A stretch of DNA of 64,000 nt from Alphaproteobacteria bacterium (GTDB lineage: Bacteria > Pseudomonadota > Alphaproteobacteria > CAAHEQ01 > UBA3637). The DNA is taken from assembly GCA_017647405.1 (NCBI GenBank), contig JAGCKR010000063.1, positions 6,956-70,955 of the forward strand. The letters are read 5' to 3'. The translations under genes and the position numbers were made by a program. The notes under the pieces are model-generated. The model did not search any database. It had not been told where the DNA came from and saw nothing but the letters and a program-made list of their open reading frames with translations. Shown here in pieces: positions 39,787-48,116 of the stretch (position 1 is the first letter of the stretch; every line of letters starts with the position of its first letter).

Positions 39787-41076
39787 ATGCGTATTCGTTC
39801 ATTTATGCTCTTATCCGCTGTTGCTTTCATGTACACAGGCCTTCATGCTTCTTCTTCAACATTAACTCCTATTGTTTGTCAAAAGAAAAAATGTTATCCA
39901 GCAACTGCTGCTCTATCCAGAGAAAGCCTGTTTAATCGTATTCAATCCCTCATAGAGAAAAATTCAAATCAAAATATTTTACTTTGTGAAGCAAACCCAC
40001 AATCTAAAATGTGTTTAACAAAAGGCTTTTCTTTGCCTTTACAAACAGGTTCAATTTATACGGAGTTAAACTTTCTTTCTGCAAAAATAATCGGCAATAA
40101 AATTATTGAAAAAACAACAGGAACAGATCTTATTGTTGATTACAAAACAAAATCGGATACTATTTTCCCAACCTGTCAAACAGCTCCTACAAGATTGGGT
40201 GTTTTAGCAAATGACGCTGTTCAAATTATATCACCCGACTTTACATGCAATTTCGGCCAATCAAATAAAACTGTCATTAGCTTAAATTATACAGTTGATT
40301 ATATCAATTTTGATAACGGCTCCATTGGAGCATATTACTCTATTGCCGCCGGAGAACGTTTAAGCGGACAAAAATCTGGATATATGTTATTCAGATTTGC
40401 GCACCCTAGCGTATCTAATGAACAATTCCCCATGCCGGAAATTTTGCATGCTTATAAAATTGAACAACAAAGAGCTCATACAAATATTTCACCGATATGG
40501 ATGAAACCTTCACCCATTTTAAATGTTGAAACGCCTGAAGTTATTACCCAACCAGATGGATCTTTGGTTATTCGAGATAATCCTTCCAGCACACAACAAC
40601 CGGTAAAAAATGTACCCTCAACAACTGGACTGATTACTCAAGAAAAAAATGTCTTACCTCCCGTAAACGGATTGAGAAAAACTGTTACAATTAAAAAACA
40701 AATTTTCCAAAAAGGAAAACCTGTTGTTTATGAAGAAAATGTTCACAGATACGTACAAAAAGATAAAAATGCTCCTTTTATAGAGGAAGAAAAAGCCATT
40801 CAATTACAAAAAGCTGCTGAACCAGATATTCCTCAAATGCCAAAACCTGTAAATGCATTATCTTCAGGATCAATCCCCTCAATTATACCTGAATATATTT
40901 TTCCACATGAAGTAACACTAACTCAAGAAGAGGTTGCCAAAATTCAAGAACAGTTACCTATGGAAAACAACGTGCAAAATCTCCAAAAAGAAATACCAGC
41001 AGCCGATTCAGAAGCAACTGAGCCATCTGGAATAAAAAAACTTTGGGGAAAAATTGAAAAATTATTTTACTTTTAA
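39787..41076 (+). CDS. Hypothetical secreted protein
   Basis: The protein is 429 aa with a signal peptide (MRIRSFMLLSAVAFMYTGLHASSS). The N-terminal half is Cys-containing and the C-terminal half is Pro/Gln/Glu-rich. I recognise no family. The M16 peptidase gene follows 10 nt downstream. Confidence 0.55.
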   Translation: MRIRSFMLLSAVAFMYTGLHASSSTLTPIVCQKKKCYPATAALSRESLFNRIQSLIEKNSNQNILLCEANPQSKMCLTKGFSLPLQTGSIYTELNFLSAKIIGNKIIEKTTGTDLIVDYKTKSDTIFPTCQTAPTRLGVLANDAVQIISPDFTCNFGQSNKTVISLNYTVDYINFDNGSIGAYYSIAAGERLSGQKSGYMLFRFAHPSVSNEQFPMPEILHAYKIEQQRAHTNISPIWMKPSPILNVETPEVITQPDGSLVIRDNPSSTQQPVKNVPSTTGLITQEKNVLPPVNGLRKTVTIKKQIFQKGKPVVYEENVHRYVQKDKNAPFIEEEKAIQLQKAAEPDIPQMPKPVNALSSGSIPSIIPEYIFPHEVTLTQEEVAKIQEQLPMENNVQNLQKEIPAADSEATEPSGIKKLWGKIEKLFYF

Positions 41077-41086
41077 TGGATAGATA

Positions 41087-42340
41087 ATGTTACAAACAAC
41101 TACTTTAAAAAATAAAATTCGAGTTATCACTGATTCTGATGCAAATGCCGAAAGTGTTTCTTTAGGTGTTTGGGTAAATGTTGGTGCCCGCTTTGAAACA
41201 GAAAAAATAAATGGCATTTCTCATATGTTAGAACATATGGCATTTAAAGGAACCATTTCACGTTCAGCTTTTCAAATTTCAAAAGAAATTGAGGATGTGG
41301 GCGGATTTATCAATGCCTACACCGGAAAAAACATGACCGCCTATTATGTTCGTGTATTAAAAGAGCATCAAGAAAAGGGCCTTGATATTATTGCTGATAT
41401 TTTGCAAAATTCCATTATGGATAAAGAAGAACTTCAAAAAGAAAAAGGGGTTATTATCCAAGAAATAAATATGCAAAATGACACGCCTGATGATTTGGTT
41501 TTTGATTATTTTAATGAGGTCGCCTATCCAAATCAACCATTGGGTCGATCCATTTTAGGAACAGTTGAAACAGTTAAAAGCATTTCAAGTGAAGACTTGC
41601 TTAATTATATGCATACTGAATATACAACACCTCGAATTATTATTAGCGCTTCAGGAGCTGTTAATCATCAAGAATTTGTTTCTCAATGTGAAGAAAAATT
41701 TACCTCGTTTAAAAAAACAAAAAGACCAGATGTGCCAAAAGCGCTTTATAAAGGGGGTGAAAAGCGTGTTTTAAAACCAAATGAACAAGTGAACCTTGTT
41801 TTAGGATTTGAAGGCGTTTCTTATTCTGATGAAGAGTATTATGCTTATAAAATCCTGTCTGGTGTTTTAGGTGGAGGCATGTCATCCAGATTATTTCAAG
41901 AAATCAGAGAGGAACGCGGTCTTGTTTATTCAATCTATGCCTTTTCTTCTTCAGAAACCGATACGGGAATTTTTGGAGTTTATGCCGGAACAGGAGAAAA
42001 AGAGGTTAAAGAATTAATCCCTGTACTATGCGATGAATTAACCAAATTACCGCATACATTAACCGATGAAGAAATTGAAAGAGCAAAAGCAAGATTAAAG
42101 GCCGGTCTTTTAATGCGACATGAAAACATTTCTGCCCATGCGGAAATGAATGCGATTGACACAATTTTATATGGCAGGGTTATTTCAAAAGAGGAAGTTA
42201 TCAGAAAGATAGAAGATGTTTCAAAAGAAAATCTTGAAAAGATTTCGAAAGAATTAATCAAAAAACCTTTAACTCTTTCTGCATTAGGACCCATTAGCGA
42301 AATCATGCCAATGGAAAAAATTCTAGATAGATTAAAATAA
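41087..42340 (+). CDS. M16 family zinc metallopeptidase (mitochondrial-processing-peptidase-like/pitrilysin family)
   Basis: The protein is 417 aa with the inverted zinc motif HMLEHMAFKGT (HxxEH) and a downstream glutamate region (EIEDVGG...NAYT). Confidence 0.9.
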   Translation: MLQTTTLKNKIRVITDSDANAESVSLGVWVNVGARFETEKINGISHMLEHMAFKGTISRSAFQISKEIEDVGGFINAYTGKNMTAYYVRVLKEHQEKGLDIIADILQNSIMDKEELQKEKGVIIQEINMQNDTPDDLVFDYFNEVAYPNQPLGRSILGTVETVKSISSEDLLNYMHTEYTTPRIIISASGAVNHQEFVSQCEEKFTSFKKTKRPDVPKALYKGGEKRVLKPNEQVNLVLGFEGVSYSDEEYYAYKILSGVLGGGMSSRLFQEIREERGLVYSIYAFSSSETDTGIFGVYAGTGEKEVKELIPVLCDELTKLPHTLTDEEIERAKARLKAGLLMRHENISAHAEMNAIDTILYGRVISKEEVIRKIEDVSKENLEKISKELIKKPLTLSALGPISEIMPMEKILDRLK

Positions 42341-42422
42341 TCTATACCATTGATAGAGTTAAATCTTATTGTGTTTATCAAAAAAACACCTAATTTTCTT
42401 GTATCTTTAATAAGGAAAACAA

Positions 42423-43100
42423 ATGCCAAATTTTGAATTAGAAAAAGAAATTTGCCCAAACGGGTTTGTTTTTGGAATTGATGAAGCAGGTCGCGGGCCT
42501 TGGTGTGGGCCAGTTGTTGCTGCGTGTGTCTGTTGGCCACATTATAACATCCCTAACGAACTGGCAGAGCAAATCGATGATTCCAAAAAACTAACTGCAC
42601 AAAAACGAGAAGTTCTTTTTGATGAAATTATGACCTCCAATGCATATATCGGTATTGGAATTGCTTCTTCAACGGAAATTGACGAAAAAAATATTTTAGC
42701 CGCAACATTTTTAGCTATGGAACGCGCGGTACAACAGGCTGAAGAAAATTTTCATCAAAAACCGGATGCCTTATTAATTGATGGTAACAGATTGCCAAAA
42801 AATTTATCTCTACCGGCAAAAGCCATTATTAAAGGTGATCATTTATCTCTTTCAATTGCAGCGGCATCTATTGTTGCAAAAGTAACACGTGATAAACTAA
42901 TGAAAGAGCTTTCTAAAACATATCCTCAATATGGGTGGGAAAAAAATGCCGGTTATGGCACAAAAGAGCATATTGAAGCTATTGAAAAATACGGAATCAC
43001 ATCTATACACCGCAGATCCTATGCGCCAATAAAACGATTTTTAGCGGGTGAAAACGTTGCCCCCAAAAAAGAAAAACAAGAACAACTATCTCTTCTTTAA
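42423..43100 (+). CDS. rnhB: Ribonuclease HII
   Basis: The protein is 225 aa. It carries GIDEAGRGPWCGPVVAA, DDSKKLT and SIAAASIVAKVTRD. Confidence 0.95.
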   Translation: MPNFELEKEICPNGFVFGIDEAGRGPWCGPVVAACVCWPHYNIPNELAEQIDDSKKLTAQKREVLFDEIMTSNAYIGIGIASSTEIDEKNILAATFLAMERAVQQAEENFHQKPDALLIDGNRLPKNLSLPAKAIIKGDHLSLSIAAASIVAKVTRDKLMKELSKTYPQYGWEKNAGYGTKEHIEAIEKYGITSIHRRSYAPIKRFLAGENVAPKKEKQEQLSLL

Positions 43101-43104
43101 TATG

Positions 43105-43134
43105 AAAAAACCCTTCCATTTAGGAAGGGTTTTT
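43105..43134. terminator. Bidirectional terminator (rnhB / K-E-rich ORF convergent)
   Basis: AAAAAACCCTTCC-attta-GGAAGGGTTTTT. Confidence 0.8.
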
Positions 43135-43139
43135 AACAA

Positions 43140-44549
43140 TTATCTTTCCTTTTCATTTAATTTTAAAAGCACTTTCTTTTTTTCTTCTTTTTTCACTTCT
43201 TCTGTTTTTTTAGATTCAACAGCTGTTTCAACAACTTTTTTCACATCTTCCTTTTTCTCAACTTTTGGCAAGTTTTCAGCTCCTTTTTGAGAAGAAATTT
43301 CTTGAACAACAGCTTTTTCCTTATCCGTTATTTCTTTTGTTTCGCCCCAAACTTTATTTTGCTTTGATTTTAAATCCACTTCTCTGTCATTCTTTCCTTT
43401 TTCAGCCATCTGATGCGTAAAGATAGGTTTAGCCTCTTCTAAAAGTTGCTTATTTAAAGATTCCTCCGGCTTAATACCAAAGAGTTTATACATTTCTTCA
43501 ACACCTTTAACAACCCCTCCGGCAGCCTTTCCAACCTCATTATCAAAACGAACAGAACTGGCTATTTCCTTTAACCCGGAAACAGATTGACCAACTTTAC
43601 CGGCACGCAATCTTGAAATTTGCAGTTTAACAACATCCGATGAGGAACGCATCAATGATTTTAAATTCTTTCGCATACTATCGCGAATTTTATCATATTT
43701 ACCGACCATTTTTTCAGCATTTTGAAAAGTTTTTTGAAATTCTTTATCCTGCATCATCTCTTGTAAAAAATCTTTATTTTCAGGTTTTTTCAAGATTTCA
43801 AGTCCTTGCTTTTGCTCTCTCGGATCTTTATTTTTCAACTTTTGATTAATAAACTCTTTCTTTTGCTCAGGTGTCATCCGATTAAAATCAGGTTGAACAG
43901 GTTTTTCACCTGGACGTAAAGGCCTGTTTTGTCTATTCACCGGCTGCCCTTTTGAATGCGCACGGTCATCTTGTTGTTTCTTCTTGGCCTCCTCATACAT
44001 CTCATCTTTTTCTTTTTTTGTCATAGCACCACGACGCGCCGTTCCTTTAAAAGTGGCATCCATTGCCGGCATATCAAGTTTGGGAATCCCAAGAAATTCT
44101 GATTGTGAAATATATTTCGGTTTCTTTTGTTCCGGATCCCATGGACTAACAATCCCCTGCTCCAAATCATCAATTTCTTTTTCTAAGTCGGAAAGCTCTT
44201 TTTCATTTTTGTTAATGAAAAATAAAACGTAATTAAGACCGCGTTTAATCCACTTTTTATACTTTAATAGTTTCTTTTTAGGATGTGTTGGATCTTCATC
44301 CTCTTCATCGTCATCATCATCTTTTTTAGGAGACAAAACATCATCTCGATATTCATCTTCTTCGAGCTGATAAGGAAATTCATTTTGAATATCTCGTTCA
44401 ATTTGCTCTAATTCTTCCGTTTTATTCTGAACAAATTTTTCAGCGATTTCTAAGCCTTTTTCAATGCGGCCTTTTTTCTTTTTCAACTTTGAAATTTGTT
44501 GTTCTTGAGTCAACTGTTCTTGCATAAACACCTCCGCCTTTTTGTTCAT
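43140..44549 (-). CDS. Hypothetical highly charged (Lys/Glu/Asp/Gln-rich) protein
   Basis: The ORF is 469 aa with no signal peptide or TM segment. It has an acidic run (KKDDDDDEEDEDP), coiled-coil-like segments and a lysine-rich C-terminus. I recognise no family. Confidence 0.5.
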   Translation of the reverse strand: MNKKAEVFMQEQLTQEQQISKLKKKKGRIEKGLEIAEKFVQNKTEELEQIERDIQNEFPYQLEEDEYRDDVLSPKKDDDDDEEDEDPTHPKKKLLKYKKWIKRGLNYVLFFINKNEKELSDLEKEIDDLEQGIVSPWDPEQKKPKYISQSEFLGIPKLDMPAMDATFKGTARRGAMTKKEKDEMYEEAKKKQQDDRAHSKGQPVNRQNRPLRPGEKPVQPDFNRMTPEQKKEFINQKLKNKDPREQKQGLEILKKPENKDFLQEMMQDKEFQKTFQNAEKMVGKYDKIRDSMRKNLKSLMRSSSDVVKLQISRLRAGKVGQSVSGLKEIASSVRFDNEVGKAAGGVVKGVEEMYKLFGIKPEESLNKQLLEEAKPIFTHQMAEKGKNDREVDLKSKQNKVWGETKEITDKEKAVVQEISSQKGAENLPKVEKKEDVKKVVETAVESKKTEEVKKEEKKKVLLKLNEKER

Positions 44550-44585
44550 TATACTTTATTTAAACAAAATTGCAAATCAAAAAAT

Positions 44586-45272
44586 TTAACGCAAAACCAA
44601 TCTGTTAAAATCATTTTGAAGGGTCTGAATTAACTCATTATTTTCAAAAAAAGAATCTATTTCACTTTGAGATGGCGGATTGGTATCTCCAGGAAAAGTA
44701 CGATATTTCTGAAGGGCAAATTGAGGAATACGATATTCTTTTAACTGTGATGCAAGTAAATAAATATCTTCAATGGTTAAATGTTTCGGATCTAAAGTGG
44801 TTCGAACTTCAAAATCAATGTCTGAATCTGATAAAATTTTCAATGTTTCAAAAACTAAGGAGGAAATTTTTTCTCTTCCGGATAAAAGATGATATTTTTC
44901 TTTTGGTGCTTTAACATCTAATCCCACCCAATCAATGAATGGTAAGATTTCTTTTATTTTTTGTGGATAAATACCGCTTGTATGAATAGCCACCTGAAAA
45001 CCCAACCCTTTAATATCTTGAACGGCTTTTAAAATATCTGATTGCATCAAAGGTTCACCGCCTGATAAAACAACTCCATCCAATCTTTTTTTACGTTCAG
45101 AAAAAAAGCTTATAACTTCATTCCAAGAAAGAGTCCCTGTCTGATTAAAATCCTGCAAATTTGGATTATGACAATATGGGCATTTTAAAGGACAGCCTTG
45201 AAAAAAAACAACACCAGCCAAACGATTCGGGAAATCAATTGTTGTAAACGGCACTAATCCCGCAACTTTCAT
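44586..45272 (-). CDS. nrdG: Anaerobic ribonucleoside-triphosphate reductase activating protein (radical SAM)
   Basis: The protein is 228 aa. It has the CX3CX2C cluster in FFQGCPLKCPYCHNP and the motif GVVLSGGEPL. It lies immediately downstream of nrdD. Confidence 0.9.
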   Translation of the reverse strand: MKVAGLVPFTTIDFPNRLAGVVFFQGCPLKCPYCHNPNLQDFNQTGTLSWNEVISFFSERKKRLDGVVLSGGEPLMQSDILKAVQDIKGLGFQVAIHTSGIYPQKIKEILPFIDWVGLDVKAPKEKYHLLSGREKISSLVFETLKILSDSDIDFEVRTTLDPKHLTIEDIYLLASQLKEYRIPQFALQKYRTFPGDTNPPSQSEIDSFFENNELIQTLQNDFNRLVLR

Positions 45273-45326
45273 TTTTTATCCTTTCATAAGAAAACAGCCG
45301 CTTTTTTTCAAGCGGCTGTATATCTT

Positions 45327-45512
45327 TTAAATGGCCACTGGCATATTGCACTCGGCACAATTTTCTTCAACAAACCAAACGCGTTCTTCAAATTCAGATT
45401 TTTTGCCTTTATTGAAGTGACTAAACGGTCTAAAATATCCCATAACACGGGTCCAGCATTCAACTTGTTGTCTTTCATTTTGGCATTCAGCCAAGATTTC
45501 AGCATCAGTCAT
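45327..45512 (-). CDS. Stand-alone glycyl-radical segment of class III ribonucleotide reductase (61 aa)
   Basis: It contains TRVMGYFRPFSHFNKGKKSEFEERV, the NrdD C-terminal glycyl-radical signature (RVxGY...N.GK..E...R). There are four Cys residues (C10, C19, C52, C55). Its own TAAGGAG Shine-Dalgarno site lies 7 nt upstream of the ATG. Confidence 0.75.
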   Translation of the reverse strand: MTDAEILAECQNERQQVECWTRVMGYFRPFSHFNKGKKSEFEERVWFVEENCAECNMPVAI

Positions 45513-45530
45513 TTTTTAGTCTCCTTAAAA

Positions 45531-47585
45531 TTAAGATTGAGTTTCCATTTCTTTACGTTTACGTTCAATCAATTCTTTATCGCAAAGCGGACAGAATTTA
45601 TGTTCCCCACTAATATATCCATGTTTTGGACAAATTGAATAAACTGGCGTAATAGAAACGTATGGTAAACGATAGTTTTCCAACACACGGCGAACCAATG
45701 CTTTACAAGCAGAAGACGAGGAGATTCTTTCACTCATATAAAGGTGCAACACTGTCCCGCCGGTGTATTGTGTTTGTAAATCATCTTGATAATCAAGCGC
45801 TGTAAACGGATCATCAGTAAATCCAACAGGTAATTGAGAACTATTTGTATAATATGGAGCTTCTTTTGTTCCAGCTTGAATAATATCTGGGAAACGCTTT
45901 TGATCCTCTCTGGCAAAACGATATGTTGTTCCTTCTGCCGGCGTTGCTTCCAAGTTATACATATTTCCTGTTTCTGCTTGATAATCAAGCATTTTTTCAC
46001 GAATATGTGTTAAGAATTTTTGAGCAAATTCGCGTCCCCATGACGTTGTGATATTTTCTCTATCACCTGTAAAGTTACGAATCATTTCATTGATACCATT
46101 CACACCAATCGTTGAGAAGTGGCTTCTAAATGTGCCCAAATATCTTTTCGTATATGGATATAATCCTCTGTCCATATGCATGGCAATAACTTTACGTTTA
46201 ATTTCAAGAGATGTTTTTGCCAATTCCAAAAGTTCATCCAAACGAGCAAAAAGATTTTCTTCTTTGCCTTTGTGCAAATATCCCAAACGAGCACAGTTAA
46301 TAGTAACCACCCCGATTGAACCTGTTTGCTCGGCAGATCCAAATAAACCACCACCACGTTTTTTAAGCTCAGTTAAATCCAAGCGCAAACGACAACACAT
46401 TGAGCGAACATCACTTGGTTTCATATCTGAATTAACATAGTTTGAAAAATACGGCAATCCATATTTAGCTGTCATTTCAAAGAGATATTCTGTGTTTGGT
46501 GATTCCCATGGGAATTCATTTGTGATATTATATGTTGGAATTGGGAATGTAAACGGACGACCTTTTGCATCACCGGCAGCCATCACTTCTAAGAAAGCGC
46601 GGTTAATCATATCCATTTCTTCTTGCAATTCACCATAGGTAAATTCTTGAACTTCTCCGCCAATAATCGGATGACGATCTTTTAAGTCGGCTGGACATGT
46701 CCAGTCAAAAGTCAAGTTTGTAAACGGTGTTTGTGTTCCCCAACGAGATGGCACATTCAAATTGAAAATGAATGATTGCATTGCTTGCTTAACTTCATCA
46801 TATGTCAATTTTTCAATTCTGACAAACGGAGCTAAATATGTATCCGCTGAAGAAAAGGCTTGAGCCCCTGCCCATTCATTTTGAAGTGTTCCTAAGAAGT
46901 TAATCATTTGAGAGAAGGCTGAAACCAAGTGCCGTGGCGGTTTAGATTCCGTTTTATTGGCAACGCCATTAAAGCCTTCTTCAAGTAAAACACGCAAAGA
47001 CCAACCAGCACAGTAACCAGCCAACATATCTAAGTCATGGATATGATAATCGCCATTTCTATGTGCTTCTCCGATTTCCGGTGTATAAATATGGTTGAGC
47101 CAGTAGTTAGCAACAACTTTACCGGAAACATTTAAAATTAAACCGCCCAAAGAATAGCCTTGGTTTGCATTAGCATTTACACGCCAATCAGAACGATCCA
47201 AATATTCATTAATAGAGGAAATGGCATCAATAACAGCTTTTTTATCACGGCGCATTTTATCGCGTTGTTCACGATAGATAATATAAGAACGAGCTGTTTT
47301 ATAGTAGTTTGAAGAAATAAGAACTTGTTCTACAACATCTTGGATTTGTTCAATCGCAGGGATCACACCATAGGCAAATTTATGTTTTAAAACTTTAATA
47401 ACTTGACGTGTTAAAAGCCAGGCTTCATCCATGCCAAATTCATTTGTGGCATCGCCTGCTTTTCCGATAGCTAAAGCGATTTTGGCCGCATCAAAAGCAT
47501 GTTTTTCCCCATCTCTTTTGATAACTTCGGTCAATGGACCTAAGTCTAAACCCTCACGTTCGTCTTTTTGAACAACTTCTAACAT
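45531..47585 (-). CDS. nrdD: Anaerobic ribonucleoside-triphosphate reductase NrdD, large part lacking the glycyl-radical C-terminus
   Basis: The protein is 684 aa with an N-terminal ATP-cone (VIKRDGEKHAFDAAKI) and a class III core (MCCRLRLD, GSIGVVTIN). It ends at ...SICPKHGYISGEHKFCPLCDKELIERKRKEMETQS without an RVxGY motif. Confidence 0.9.
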   Translation of the reverse strand: MLEVVQKDEREGLDLGPLTEVIKRDGEKHAFDAAKIALAIGKAGDATNEFGMDEAWLLTRQVIKVLKHKFAYGVIPAIEQIQDVVEQVLISSNYYKTARSYIIYREQRDKMRRDKKAVIDAISSINEYLDRSDWRVNANANQGYSLGGLILNVSGKVVANYWLNHIYTPEIGEAHRNGDYHIHDLDMLAGYCAGWSLRVLLEEGFNGVANKTESKPPRHLVSAFSQMINFLGTLQNEWAGAQAFSSADTYLAPFVRIEKLTYDEVKQAMQSFIFNLNVPSRWGTQTPFTNLTFDWTCPADLKDRHPIIGGEVQEFTYGELQEEMDMINRAFLEVMAAGDAKGRPFTFPIPTYNITNEFPWESPNTEYLFEMTAKYGLPYFSNYVNSDMKPSDVRSMCCRLRLDLTELKKRGGGLFGSAEQTGSIGVVTINCARLGYLHKGKEENLFARLDELLELAKTSLEIKRKVIAMHMDRGLYPYTKRYLGTFRSHFSTIGVNGINEMIRNFTGDRENITTSWGREFAQKFLTHIREKMLDYQAETGNMYNLEATPAEGTTYRFAREDQKRFPDIIQAGTKEAPYYTNSSQLPVGFTDDPFTALDYQDDLQTQYTGGTVLHLYMSERISSSSACKALVRRVLENYRLPYVSITPVYSICPKHGYISGEHKFCPLCDKELIERKRKEMETQS

Positions 47586-47623
47586 TTTGCCAAGTCTCCT
47601 TCACTAAACATCGTTTAACAATA

Positions 47624-47663
47624 AACACTATATGCAGTCCTTAGTAACAACATATAGTGTTTA
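47624..47663 (-). promoter_or_regulatory. NrdR-box-like inverted repeat in the nrdD leader/promoter
   Basis: There is a perfect 12-bp inverted repeat: AAACACTATATG (47624-47635), a 16-nt spacer, then CATATAGTGTTT (47652-47663). Each arm resembles a half of the NrdR-box consensus acaCwAtATaTwGtgt. TTGACA lies about 45 nt upstream on the coding strand. Confidence 0.45.
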
Positions 47664-48057
47664 TTGAACTACATTTTGTATTAATTAACTCTACTCAGAG
47701 TTAACTTGTCAATACCTTTTTTTTGTTTTTTTTAATTAAATTTTTAAGTGTTTAATTTTATGTATTTATTTGTCATAAAAAAATATAAAAAGCAAATTTT
47801 TTTAGTGACAAAAGTGTCAATCGAATCGCATGTAACCCTTTAATAACACTTATTTTTTTGACAAAAAATATTCCATATTTTAGTTGTTTTTAAAACAAGT
47901 ATTTAAAAATAAAACAAAAATTTTTATTAGGCAAAATTATCGCCAAAAGCGAGTCGTTTTTCCTTAACAAAAACATAAATTTTTATTTACAATTTAATAC
48001 TGAAAATTATATAATCCTTTTCATGGATAATTTTTTAAGATTACCGACCTAAAAAAT

Positions 48058-48096
48058 AATAAAAAGAGGTGGGTTGGAGTCCACCTCTTTATTTTT
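48058..48096. terminator. Terminator after the outer-membrane protein gene (bidirectional shape)
   Basis: AAAAAGAGGTGG-gttggagt-CCACCTCTTTATTTTT. Confidence 0.8.
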
Positions 48097-48116
48097 GGAT
48101 TATTCTATTATTTATT

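Noticed and set aside
41980-42540. A 186-aa minus-strand ORF spanning the M16 peptidase 3' end and the rnhB 5' end.
   Set aside because: It is antisense to two well-supported genes, has low-complexity Ile/Phe/Ser-rich composition, and matches no family.
45308-45505. An alternative 65-aa ORF overlapping the 61-aa glycyl-radical ORF in another frame.
   Set aside because: It has no family resemblance and no RBS. The 45327-45512 frame carries the canonical RVxGY...NKGK motif and a consensus SD.
47586-48116. FNR/FixK-type boxes (TTGAT-N4-ATCAA or TTGA-N6-TCAA) upstream of nrdD and, at 30944-31084, upstream of adhE.
   Set aside because: Only half-site-like TTGAC/TGTCA hexamers are present. No properly spaced palindrome is found by eye.
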